Assembly: GCF_032444005.1 (NCBI RefSeq)
Contig: NC_091288.1
Span: forward strand, 218,798,001 to 218,862,000
Direction of reading: 5' to 3'
From: Ranitomeya imitator
Lineage: Eukaryota
Length of the DNA: 64,000 nucleotides
The notes beneath the pieces were generated by a model. The model did no database searches and was not told the origin of the DNA. It saw only the letters and a list, made by a program, of their open reading frames with translations. The position numbers and the translations under genes were made by a program. Positions 38,140-49,822 of this stretch are shown here, one piece after another; the stretch's first letter is position 1, and every line of letters begins with the position of its first letter.

Positions 38140-38450
38140 CAGCTCTGGGAGGAACTAGAGGGTGAAACAGCAGGATAGTGAGTGCAGCTCTGGACGTAAC
38201 TGGAGTATTATACCAGAAGTAGCAGAATAGTGAGTGCAGCTCTGATGACAACTGGAGTATAATACAAGAAGTAGCCGAATAGTGAGTGCAGCTCTGGAAT
38301 AACTGGAGTATAATACCAGAAGTAGCAGCAGAACAGTGAGTGCAGCTCTGGCGGTAATGAGTATAAGAGGAGGACCAGATGAGTGAGTGCAGCTCTGAAT
38401 ACTGCATAAGACAGGAGACAGCCATTAACGGAACTCTAGGGGTGACTAGA
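38140..38450. repeat. Degenerate GAGTGCAGCTCTG...ACTGGAGTATAA short repeat family (also at 40180-40330 and ~30480)
   Basis: The motif recurs on both sides of the L2 element. Confidence 0.55.
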
Positions 38451-38454
38451 GTAT

Positions 38455-40175
38455 AATTTATTTCTATAGCGCCAACATATTCCGCAGCTCTGTACATTTT
38501 AGAGGCGCAGCACGTGTAAAGTCTTGGAGATGGGAGTGGGAGGTTCTGATTATTGAGGATGCTAATCTGAGGTCATTAGCGGAGCGGAGGGCACGGGTAG
38601 GGTGGTAGACTGATACCAGGGAGGAGATGTAGGGTGGTGCTGAGCCATGGAGTGCTTTGTGGATGAGGGTAGTAGTTTTGTACTGGATTCTGGAGTGGAT
38701 GGGTAACCAGTGTAATGACTGGCACAGGGTAGAGGCATCTAGAAATGTTTTTGAGGTGTAGATAAGAAGAGCGAGCCAGTGATCGGATGTGGGGGGTGAA
38801 TGAAAGGTCAGAATCAAGGATGACCCCAAGGCAGCGGGCATGTTGCTTTGGAGTAATGGTGGAACCGCACACGGAGATGGCAATGTCAGGCAAAGGTAGG
38901 TTAGTAGAGGGAGAAAACACGAGGAGTTCAGTTTTTGACAGGTTTAGTTTCAGATAGAGGGAGGACATGATGCTAGAGACAGCGGTAAGACAATCACTGG
39001 TGTTTTCTAATAAGGTCGGTGTGATATCCGGAAAAGAAGTGTATAATTGGGTGTCGTCAGCATAGAGATGGTACTGGAAACCAAATCTACTGATTGTTTG
39101 TCCAATAGGGGCAGTATACAACGAGAAGAGGAGGGGGCCTAGGACTGATCCTTGAGGAACCCCAACAGTAAGGGGAAGGTGAGAGGAGGAGGAACCAGCA
39201 AAACATACAGTGAAGGATCGATCAGAGAGATAGGAGGAGAACCAGGAGAGAACGGTGTCCTTGAGGCCGATGGAGCGGAGCATAGTGAGGGGGAGCTGAT
39301 GATCCACAGTGTCGAATGCTGCAGAGAGATCCAAGAGAATTAGCATGGAGTAGTGACCATTAGATTTAGCTGTTAGTAGGTCATTAGAGACTTTAATGAG
39401 GGCAGTTTCAGTAGAGTGTAAAGAGCGGAAGCCAGATTGAAGAGGGTCGAGAAGAGAGTTATCTGAGAGATAGCGGGTAAGACGGGAGTGGACCAGGCGT
39501 TCGAGGAGATTAGAGATGAAGGGAAGAATAGAGACAGGTCTATAATTAGCGGCACAGTTTTGGTCGAGGGATGGTTTTTTAAGTAATGGATGTATGATGG
39601 CATGCTTAAATGAGGAGGGAAAAATACCAGAAGAGAGAGAAAGGTTGAATATTTTTGTTAGGTGGTGCCGGGGAAAGGGACTGGAGTAGATGTGAGAGAA
39701 TAGGGTCACTGGTGCAAGTGGTCGGGTGAGAAGATACAAGGAGCCTGATTACTTTTTCTTCCGTGACCAGTTTAAAGACAGAGAGTGAACTAGATGCAGT
39801 GGGGGAGGGAGGACAGTGTATGGTATGAGGGGATTGGGAGAAAATTTCCTGTCAGATATGGTCATTGTTTTCTTTGAAGTAATTGGCCATATCGTCAGCG
39901 TGGAGATCCGTGGTTGGGGCCTGCACTCTTGGGTTGAGTAGGAAATGAAAAGTGTCAAAGAGAAGTTTAGGGTTATTGGACAGTGAGGTGATGAGGGTGT
40001 TGAAGTAGGTTTGTTTGGAGAGGTGAAGGGCAGAGTTGTATGTTAAGCAGAAACTTACAATGGATAAAATCCTCGGCCAGATTGGATTTTCACCACAAAC
40101 GTTCAGCGCACCTGGAGCACGGCTGTAGGAAACGTGTTTGCAGCGTGTGCCAGGGTTGTCGCTGTCTGGTTCGAG
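38455..40175 (-). mobile_element. L2-clade LINE fragment (RT domain, internally deleted and frameshifted)
   Basis: ORF 39739-38576 contains [44 protein letters not shown] and YADDTQLY. The 3' tail GCTGCGGAATATGTTGGCGCTATAGAAATAAA lies near 38456-38490. Confidence 0.92.
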
Positions 40176-40394
40176 ACAAGATGTAGCAATATAATAGTGA
40201 GCGAGGGTTTGGGGGTGACTGGAGTATACGGAACATAGAAATGTAGATGCAGCTTTGGTGATGACTGGAGTATAACAGGATATATCATCAGAATAGAGAA
40301 TTCAGCTCTGGGGTAACAGGAGTAGGACAGGATGTGTATGTATTGGGCTCTGTGATCTCGCTGTGCGCAGGTTGAGTGGTACAGGGTGCAGCGC

Positions 40395-40552
40395 TCGTCA
40401 CACTTCCTCTCACGTGGTGCACGGAGAGGGCCGAATGCAGAAATACGTTAGAGTTTTGTGGTTTCATAAACTGCTGCAATTTCCGCCTTTCTACCCCCCA
40501 AAACACGACTGTACGAGGCCGGAGCCAAGACTGATCGGGGTGAAAAACTAAG
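40395..40552 (+). promoter_or_regulatory. Candidate promoter and non-coding first exon of c16orf54
   Basis: ETS/PU.1-like CACTTCCTC (40401), E-box CACGTG (40411), RUNX site TGTGGTT (40457-40463), then donor AAG/GTATGA at 40553. It could splice to the acceptor at 43766. Confidence 0.45.
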
Positions 40553-40884
40553 GTATGATAAAAGGGTGGGAAAAATTACAGGGGTCCTGGTCAGACCCTG
40601 CTACATGGCACCGCTGTATGAGCACTGCTACATCAGGTCCTGAGATCTGGTGTATACTCTGCTACACAGTGAGAGGTGTGTATATATATACACTGCTACA
40701 CCGTGACACGTACTGGGTGCAATCAGTTATTCACACTATTAGCAGCGTCTTTTGTACTTAATGGAGCCCCTCTAGCCGTTATAACTCGCTGCATTGCCAG
40801 ACTCCAGCTTATGGCAGTGTTCCTGAGGAGCCTTAGCCAAGTCCTCTTGGGAGATCCAATAGTCTAACGCCATCCAAGCTAGCT

Positions 40885-43600
40885 CCTGCCGCGCTGCACT
40901 GTAGACATCGCCGAGCTGTCAGCGCGCTTCACTGTAGACATCGCCGAGCAGTCAGCGCGCTTCACTGTAGACGTCACCGAGCCCCCACTGCGCTTTACTG
41001 TAGACATCGCTGAGCCCCCGCCGCGCTGCACTATAGACATTGCCGAGCAGTCAGCGTGCTTCACTGTAGACATCGCCGAGCTGTCAGCGCGCTTCACTGT
41101 AGACGTCGCCGAGCCCCCACTGCGCTTCACTGTAGACATCGCTGAGCGCCCACTGTTCTTTACTGTAGACGTCGCTGAGCCCCCACTGTTCTTTACTGTA
41201 GACGTCACTGAGCCCCCACCGCACTTCACTGTAGATGTCGCCGAGCAGTCAGCGCGCTTCACTGTAGACGTCGCCGAGCCCCCACTGTGCTTCACTGTAG
41301 ACGTCGCCGAGCCCCCACTGCGCTTCACTGTAGACATCGCTGAGCCCCCACTGTTCTTTACTGTAGACATCGCTGAGCGCCCACTGTTCTTTACTGTAGA
41401 CGTCGCTGAGCCCCCACTGTTCTTTACTGTAGACGTCGCTGAGCCCCCGCCGCACTTCACTGTAGACTACGCCAAGCCCCCACTGCGCTTTACTGTAGAC
41501 ATCGCTGAGCCCCCACTGCGCTTTACTGTAGACATCGCTGAGCCTCCGCCGCACTTCACTGTAGACATCGCCGAGCAGTCAGCGCACTTCACTGTAGACG
41601 TCGCCGAGCTCTTGCTGCGCTTCACTGTAGACATCGCTGAGCCCCCGCCGCGCTTCACTGTAGACATCGCTGAGCAGTCAGCACACTTCACTGTTGACGT
41701 CACCGAGCCCCCACTGCGCTTTACTGTAGACATTCCTGAGCCCCACAGCGCTTCACTGTAGACATCGCTGAGCAGTCAGCACACTTCAATGTTGACGTCG
41801 CCGAGCCCCCACTGCGCTTTACTGTAGACATCGCTGAGCCCCCGCTGCGCTTCACTGTAGACGTCGCCAAGCTTCACGGTAGACGTCGCCGAGCTCCCAC
41901 TGCGCTTTACTGTAGATGTCGACAAGCTTCACAGTAGACGTCGCCGAGCCCCCACTGTGCTTTACTGTGGACATCGCCGAACCCCGCCGCGCTTCACTGT
42001 AGACGTTGCCAAGCATTACGGTAGACATCGCCGAGCCCCCACTGCGCTTTACTGTAGATGTTGCCGAACCCCCGCCGCGCTTCACTGTAGATGTCGTCAA
42101 GTTTCACGGTAGACGTCGCCGAGCCCCCACTGTGCTTAGCTGTAGATGTCGCCGAACCCCCACCACGCTTCACTGTAGACGTTGCCAAGCATCACGGTAG
42201 ACATCGCCGAGCCCTCACTGCGCTTTACTGTAGATGTCGCCGAGCCCCCACCGCACTTCACTGTGTCAAGCTTTGTTGCAGATGGTACCACACTCCAATG
42301 TAGATGTCTTAGAGTTCCCACTATGCTTCACTACAAACGTCGCCACACTCCACTATATAGAGCCACCGCCGCGTTTTACTGTGGATGGCACCACGCTCCT
42401 CTGTAGATGTCGTTGAGCCCCCCCACGCTCCACTGTAGATGTCGTTGAGCCCCCACCACGCTCCAATGTTGAAGTCGTCGAGCCTCCACCACTATCCACT
42501 GTAGATGTCGTCGAGCCCCCACCACACTCCACTGTAGATGTCGTCGAGCCCCCACCACATTCCACTGTAGATGTCGTCGACCTCCACCATGCTCCACTGT
42601 AGATGTCGTCGACCTCCACCACGCTCCACTGTTGATGTCGTCGATCCTCCACCACGCTCCACTGTAGATGTCGTTGAGCCCCCACCACGCTCCACTGTAG
42701 ATGTCGTTGAGCCCCACCACGCTCTAATGTTGAAGTCGTCGAGCCTCCACCACTATCCACTGTAGATGTCGTCGAGCCCCCACCACACTCCACTGTAGAT
42801 GTCGTCGAGCCCCCCACCACATTCCACTCTAGATGTCATCGAGGCCCCACTACGCTCCACTGTAGATGTCGTCGATCCTCCACTACGTTCCACTGTAGAT
42901 GTCGTCGGCCTCCCACCATGCTCCACTGTAGATGTCGTCGATCCTCCGCCATGCTCCACTGTGGATGTCGTCGTGCCCCCACCATGCTCCACTGTAGATG
43001 TCGTCGAGCCCCCACCATATTCCACTCTAGATGTCATAGAGGCCCCACTACGCTCCACTGTAGATGTCGTCGATCCTCCACCACGTTCCACTGTAGATGT
43101 CGTCGAGCCCCCACCACGCTCCACTGTAGATGTTGTCGAGCCCCCACCACGCTCCACTGTAGATGTCGTCGACCTCCACCATGCTCCACTGTAGATGTCG
43201 TCGATCCTCCACCATGCTCCACTGTGGATGTCGTCGTGCCCCCACCATGCTCCACTGTAGATGTCGTTGAGCCCCCACCACATTCCACTGTAGATGTCGT
43301 CGATCCTCCACCACGTTCTACTGTAGATGTCGTCGATCCTCCACCACGTTCCACTGTAGATGTCGCCGATCCTCCACCACGTTCCACTGTAGATGTCGTC
43401 GATCCTCCACCACGTTCCACTGTAGATGTCGTCGAGCCCCCACCACGCTCCACTGTAGATATCGCCGAGCCCCCACCATGCTCCACTGTAGATGTTGTCG
43501 AGCCCCCACCACATTGCACTCTATATGTCGTTGAGCCCCTACCACATTCCACTGTAGATGTCATCGAGCCACCACCATGCTTCCCTACAGACATCACCGA
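40885..43600. repeat. 33-bp tandem repeat, ~80 copies, with progressive sequence drift
   Basis: Core CACTGTAGAYRTCGYCGAG with variable spacers. Confidence 0.93.
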
Positions 43601-43785
43601 GCCTCCTAAACCTGATGTGTAACTGGGTGAATGATTTTGGTGACTACATTATTACATGGACCTGTTCACACATTGCGCTTGTTCTGACCGGACCTGATGT
43701 AACCCTAGGTGTCAGTCACAGAATATTAACCCCTTGATGATTTTGGCTTCTCCCTTTCTATCACAGGTTGTCCGACTCCCTTGAT

Positions 43786-44172
43786 ATGGCGGCACCTCCA
43801 GCGATTTCTGCTGACCTCCCCACAGCTAACCCTCTCCTGCCTCCTTCCTGCGGCCAGTGTCTGGTGGCCATACTGGTTCTCGGCGCTCTCACAGCGCTCT
43901 TCATGGTCGTCTGCCTGTCGCTGTCCTTTAAGCTGTCACTGAGGTCCAGGCAGTCTCGCCAGAGTAGAGACGTGGTCACCTCTGTGCCCCTGGAGTTATG
44001 GGCAACTCCGCCAACCTCACAAAGCCAGACCAACCTCCTGTGGCCCACAGAACCAGTGATGCCACCTCGTCCCCCGCCCAACAGTGACTGGGCCGATGCC
44101 TTGTTTCGGCAGCCGCGGGTGACAGTGCAGGACATCGATGAGTTCTGGTGGAGGAACTACAGAGACGTGTGA
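43786..44172 (+). CDS. c16orf54: C16orf54-like single-pass membrane protein, 128 aa
   Basis: Strong acceptor TTCTCCCTTTCTATCACAG ending at 43766; ATG in GATATGG context. Pro-rich N-terminus, then CGQCLVAILVLGALTALFMVV (human, from memory: CGPCIPIMLVLATLAALFIL), ELW, and C-terminal QPRVTVQDIDEFW (human QPRVTLEQISAFW). AATAAA at 44954-44959. Confidence 0.85.
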   Translation: MAAPPAISADLPTANPLLPPSCGQCLVAILVLGALTALFMVVCLSLSFKLSLRSRQSRQSRDVVTSVPLELWATPPTSQSQTNLLWPTEPVMPPRPPPNSDWADALFRQPRVTVQDIDEFWWRNYRDV

Positions 44173-46459
44173 CCTCCTTCCACACCCGCCAACCAGGAAT
44201 AGGGGGAGATTGGCTGGCGGAACCAACAGAAGAGCTGTATGCAAATGAAGAGCCCTCTCAGCCAATCAGAATCCTAAAGACTCTCTCAGACTCCTATACT
44301 GCTGCTCCTTGAGTCCAAGGGGTGGAGCAAGTTCCTCACCTTGGCTTTGGATTGGTCAGTTGAGCTGGCTAGGGGGAATGTTTTACCCTCCTAATTGGCT
44401 TTATTGGGGTGTCTTACAGGTGCCGAGAGTTGGCATATTGTACCGACTAAGAATTGTATCCCTGTTTTTACGTCTCGTACATAGATGTCCAATATGGAGG
44501 AGACTATGCACCACTAAACCGGGAGGAGAGAGGTCTGTAAATTACAATATGTATGATGGGGGCCGCTTCGGCAGACTGATCGCCGTGCAATTCATCCCTC
44601 CACCTTTACATTAGAAGGGTGTGGATACTTCTGCAAGCACTTTATTGTTTTAAGGTTTGACTACAGGATCTGACTACGCAGGGTCTGTTTGTAGTCTGTA
44701 ACCATGGAGACACATAGCAATGCATAGGGGCTATATACACAATTTTTTTTTTTTTCTGTTATTTAAAGGGCGTTAGAGAATGGCTGCAAACGTTTCCACA
44801 CCCTCCAAGTGTCTCTTGTTCAGCCTGTACCACGGCGGTGATTTATACGTGGTACGGTCACATGACGCGGTGGGCGGGCCGTGGCTGATTTTTCTCTAGT
44901 TTGGGGTTTTTAATGAACATTTTATGTTGTAGATTCTGTCTTCATTTTCCATTAATAAAGAAAGTAACGGCGGAGGATTCAGCGGCAGTGTCATTACTTC
45001 AGGGTCACGTGAAGGAGGCGCTGATGATCCCCCAACAATAACTGGGACCCCATGATACCAAGCATACCCCCAAAATGCCAGGGTGACCCCATAACAACCA
45101 TGCTCCACCTGGTGACCCTATAAAGCCAACTCTGCCCCCCATGGATTGCCTTAGTAACCCCAGAGCTGCAGCTATGCCCCTATATGTGCCCCCGTAGATG
45201 GTTTAGAGCCCCCCATAGTGGCACCTTATGGCGGGCACAGTCCCCATATTGTCTGGTAGTGATCCCCTTGCCCCCATGACAGCTCTTCTGTCCCCAGCTC
45301 CTCTGCGCGCCCCTCGCTGTGGTCCAAAGGTGACATTTGGGGCATCTGCTGACTTTTCTGAGAGCTCTCAGAGCAGAGGGCCCCTATACAGCAATGAGGG
45401 GGTCCATGTAGAGTCCGTTACGGGGTCTGCGTTCTTGATCGATACCCCTAATGCCATCGGTCTTGGGTCGGTCATTGGCCTCCACCATTACTGCCCCCTT
45501 CTGGTCCCTTTTAAGGGCTGATTATCACCCTGGGAGGCAGACGGGAAGTGCCGACTCATCGACTTCTGCTTTCCATGGACGGCGGGTGCTGCGTAATCTG
45601 CGCCCAGACCAAGATACTGGGAAACAGAGCAATCGGCCATGGCCAAAAGGGGAAGGAAGGTGAAATAAGACCAAGGGATGTGATAATGCCCCGGAGAGCC
45701 TTCGTAGAAGTGTCCTCCCTCCACCCGACGATTCATCCTGAGCTTCCTGGTTCATGAATAGAATGTGAACACTGCAGTATAGACTGACACAAAATTATCA
45801 AATAGGTGGCGGGATCGGTCTTTCACACCGGAGCCCTATGACCATTTTTTGGACCTCTCTGGGCCCCATCTGTCCCTCCTTTCCCCATTTGTCAGCATCT
45901 ATTGGGGAACGTTCGCAACACGTTTTTGACCTGAAAAATCCACATTACAAAACTGCTCATAAAACAGGTGGATTTCGGCGCAGAGATTGACCCGTTTTTT
46001 TTTTTTTTATTATAATGAGGATTGTATCAACCAGATGTGGATTTTGATGCGTTTCCATCTCAAGAACCGTGAAAAATATTAATTTTGCCTCCACTTACCC
46101 TTGGAAAACGATTTAAAAAAATTGACCATTTTTTAACACCTGGAAAAAGCGCTCCGTGGACAGATTGTCTCCTAACGAAGCAGAAGTTTGTTGTTCGCAG
46201 ATTTGAAACCTTTTTACGTGGATTGTTGTGGGTAATCGGAGCTGAAGATCTGGGCAGTAACCAGTTTGGAGGGTCCCTCTGCTTAGTCCGGGAGAGGTGA
46301 CGATTGACACATGTTGGTCCCCCCTGAGACATAACCATCGCACCGGCCTCCATTTTTTTTAGAAAAGTTTTATTTTTGTGCGTGTTTCATAGTAACGGTT
46401 GGTGGAGCAGGATGGGGGTGACCATGATCAGTTCTGATTTACTAGTGCGGACCCTCCCA

Positions 46460-46615
46460 TCGTATGAAAAGGAAGTTACACAGGCAGAGATAGAAGAATG
46501 AGCAAAGCCGCATGACGCCAGCATATACCACGGCTGGAGGAAATGAGGAGGCGCACATCGTGAGAGCGCGGCACTGGGACACAAGCTCCGGACCATCCTC
46601 GGGGACCACTTCTAG
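46460..46615 (+). promoter_or_regulatory. Candidate promoter and non-coding first exon of the CD43-like gene
   Basis: ETS motifs AAAAGGAAGT (46467-46476) and GAGGAAAT upstream of a strong donor TAG/GTAAGG at 46616; the matching acceptor would be TTTTATTTTTAG ending at 47359. Inference only. Confidence 0.3.
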
Positions 46616-47406
46616 GTAAGGCGCCCGCGTCCCGCCATTTACCCCTAGAATAATTGGGGGGTCCTCATAAACCCTATAGGGGCAGTAAGAGCCCGTCCCT
46701 TGTGTGTGACCACGGCTCCGTAGGGTGCGGCTGGAGACTTCGGGAAACCTCGACCTAAAATGACCCCAGCACAATCCTAATGGATTAAGAAAAAAAACCT
46801 TACGGAAAGTCTTCCAGACTCCATTGTTTTAGAAAATTTGGGCAGAGGCTTAATTGTGGAGCGAGTAGACCTTCTATACTATAGCGTCCGTAGGGGCGAC
46901 GGGACCGATGTACCAAATCGGGAGGTGAGGGGAACATGTTTAGTGCCGGCGACAGCGGGTGGAGTGATCGTAGACTAAACAAGCCCAAGAATCCACGTCC
47001 TTAGATCTGTAACTTCTCAGAGACTTCGCTTCTCACATCTTATCTCCTCCGTCACCAGGTTTCTAAATTATTTCTTCTCGTTTACTGCTCCAACCACAGG
47101 AAATTACTAAATCTTGTGGCACAGGAGCAGCCAGCACCCTTCCGGTACCATAACTCAGGTTCTTTAGATGATAGAGAGACAAGGCCCTGAGGATGCGAGC
47201 CGAGCAAGCACAAGATAGACCTTCCTCTGGTGGCCACAGTGGTGGTCCTCACCAGCATAGACTGATGGGGCTAGGCAGGGTATGGCATGTCAATCACTGG
47301 TTGGACAACGATGTTCAGATGTTTTTTGGTGACATTTATATTTTATATTTTATTTTTAGGTTTCCCAAAGAAGCAGAAGGGAATTGAACACATTGGGAAC
47401 CCCACG

Positions 47407-48330
47407 ATGGAAGGTGTACTTGTAAAGATAATGTTGCTCCTCCTGTTAGGGACCTGTTCTTCATCCCAGGACCCAACGGTCAACATGGTTGAGAAGAACA
47501 CCGAAAAATATTTCACCACCATTGGTCCAGTATATGATGCCTCCAGAGATGATGCAACCAGCAATAAGAAGGTCTCTGGAGAGATCGAAACGTCAACTGC
47601 AGAACTTCCGATGTTCCGTGCAAGTACAGAGGAGTCGGGAGTAACCCCGGAACAAGAGATGAGGTCAGCTGGTGGGACATCTGTAGAAGGAGCATCCACC
47701 TCCAGCAGCAGCGAGCCATCATCTACATTTTTCAGACTTAGACCCGTCATTGAATTGCACAGCCCTCCTACAGATCTCTCAGTCACAAGCCATGAAGGCA
47801 ATAAGACGGATGGACAAGAGACGACTCCTTCACACCCAAATTATGAGACACTGGGAACTTCTAAACCTGTGGACTCAAAAAAAACCTCAAGTCCTATGTC
47901 ACCACCACCCAAAGGGAAACCAAAGGACTCAGAGGTGAAGACAATCATCCTGATTGCGGTCTGCATGGTCATCCTAGTCTTAATCCTGATCGCTGTCATA
48001 GTTGTGTTGGTGAGGAACAAGAGAAGGAGCGGCTCTCAAAGCTTCCATACCCAGAGCAGAAGCTCCAAACGGGAGAACGTCTGGGCGGGACAGGTCCCCG
48101 ACCTCGGAGATGGGAAGATGACAGAGCGTCCAGTAGGGACGGAAAATGGGGCGGCTGGGAACAAACCGGAAAAGGAACAAGAGATGATCACGTTCATCAG
48201 CGAGAAGAAGAACGATTCCGTGGAGGCGTTGAACGAGATGAATAACGGAGCCGCCCAGGAGGAGCAGAAGCCACTGCTGGAGGACGGTCCTCAGGAGAAG
48301 GACGAAACGGCCGCGACTCTGAACGTGTGA
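47407..48330 (+). CDS. spn: CD43/leukosialin (SPN)-like type I sialomucin, 307 aa, single coding exon
   Basis: Signal peptide MEGVLVKIMLLLLLGTCSSS; S/T/P/E-rich ectodomain; TM segment at 47944-48012. The tail resembles human CD43 as remembered: KRRSG~KRRTG, VWAGQVPD~AWAGPAQVPE, MITFIS~LTTFFG, EEQKPLL~EEEPLV. It lies next to c16orf54, as in human. PolyA candidates ATTAAA 48770-48775 and AATAAA 48905-48910. Confidence 0.82.
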   Translation: MEGVLVKIMLLLLLGTCSSSQDPTVNMVEKNTEKYFTTIGPVYDASRDDATSNKKVSGEIETSTAELPMFRASTEESGVTPEQEMRSAGGTSVEGASTSSSSEPSSTFFRLRPVIELHSPPTDLSVTSHEGNKTDGQETTPSHPNYETLGTSKPVDSKKTSSPMSPPPKGKPKDSEVKTIILIAVCMVILVLILIAVIVVLVRNKRRSGSQSFHTQSRSSKRENVWAGQVPDLGDGKMTERPVGTENGAAGNKPEKEQEMITFISEKKNDSVEALNEMNNGAAQEEQKPLLEDGPQEKDETAATLNV

Positions 48331-49004
48331 GATGGACAGAAACGCCGACCTGGTCAGACGCCGGGTCAGCGGCCAACGCATCCATGGAGCACACAGTGGA
48401 CATTGCTAACAGGATAATCTCACACTGGACTCAGAGCGTGAAGATCGGAGCATGGACCCCCAACGAGAACCTGTACCGGGGGCTCCGGGATCCACCAGCT
48501 TAACCCTTTATATCACATCTATCCATCCAATATCTCATATCGATCCGCCGTCCATGTATCGTGTCTGCACCCCTCTGGGACTTTCTATAATACTGTGTTT
48601 TCTGCATTAGTTGCATAGTTGCTATATGTGCATTATACAGGTGGCAGCCATGTTGGGGCCCCGGGTCCATTTCTGGGGTGATGGCGGCGCCGTCGCCTTC
48701 ATGTCCTCGTGGTGCGGCTGCTCTCGCTCGGCCATTACTTCTGTAATTAGTGAATGAATATATTTTCTCATTAAATATTTTTTTTATTTTCTATCTCCCG
48801 ATCTCTGAGTTGCTACTTCTTGGGCCGCTGAAATCCTCTGTGCTGCTGTTACTAAGGGTTTTCTTGGGTGGAGCAGCAAAAATGACAAAGAGCAAAGAAA
48901 CCACAATAAAAAAATGTAACAAGTGACAGAACTGCGGGTGGTTATATCACACCGGCCCCCCAGGCTAGTGCTCTCTGTTATCAGCCAGATCCTGCATCAA
49001 GCTG

Positions 49005-49180
49005 TGGTGGTCGTAATGGTAACAGGGGATGGTGGTGGTAGTAGTAGTTCTAATAATGGTAGTATTAATAATGTTAGTAGTAATAACGATATTAATGGTG
49101 CGTGTAGGATGATGGTAGTAAGAGTAAAAGTAGTAATGTTAGTACTGATAGTAGTAATGATGATGGTGATAGTAGTATAG
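49005..49180. repeat. Low-complexity trinucleotide-like tract (GTA/ATA/GAT)
   Basis: Degenerate (GTA)n/(AAT)n/(GAT)n run. Confidence 0.8.
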
Positions 49181-49822
49181 CCCCGCAGTACTCCCAGCAG
49201 CCAGCAGGGGGGGTACACTCCCATGGTCTCAGTGAGGCCCAGGCCAGGACCTGCTGTTACCCATGATGCTTTGTGTCTGATCATCACTTGCTGTCATTCC
49301 ATCCTGGTGTCTGTGGGAAGTTGGGTGTACGACTTAAGAGACGCCGTACATTGGGGTCTCACAATGTCGCCACAATCTGCTCTATGAATTAAGTACCACG
49401 ATAATGGGAAAAATATTCCATGTCTGTGGATGTAGAACCCTCAGCACCCGACAGAAACTGAGAACTATAGGAAATGATTGGGGCGACTGTCTCTTTAAAA
49501 ACTGATGACATCATTTCCATGACATCACAATATCTAGTGTCACACACAAAAGACGGTGCGATACCCGAGACCGCGCCTGACAAGTCAAACAGAACGGATC
49601 ACACCCCGAGAGGAAAAAGTCTGCACCCGGCAAACAGGACAGAAGAGACTTCTGCAACCAGAGACCTCAAACGTCTCTGCTGATTCCACAAGTCTAAAAA
49701 AGGCACCGACATCATATGTACACATACAAGAATAGAAAGACACCAGAGAACAACCGCGGGCACCACAGCAACACTGACACCATAAATATACCTACATAGG
49801 GCAGAAATGTATAATACCACAC

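Noticed and set aside
42918-43766. Possible splice of the (STVDVVEPPPR)n frame into c16orf54 via TGT/GTAACT at 43619, which would be in frame
   Set aside because: The donor is weak, the repeat frame is broken by indels and has no start or signal peptide, and C16orf54 proteins have only a short N-terminal segment. A one-in-three frame coincidence is sufficient explanation; junction reads 43618->43767 would reopen it.
45228-45757. Several 70-97-aa ORFs on both strands considered as QPRT or another 16p11.2-region gene
   Set aside because: No recognisable motifs or consistent exon structure.
46440-47100. Faint resemblance to L1 ORF1 on the minus strand (LVHRSRRP, SRTLRSR, PYRV)
   Set aside because: The similarity is too weak and frameshifted to support without a profile search.
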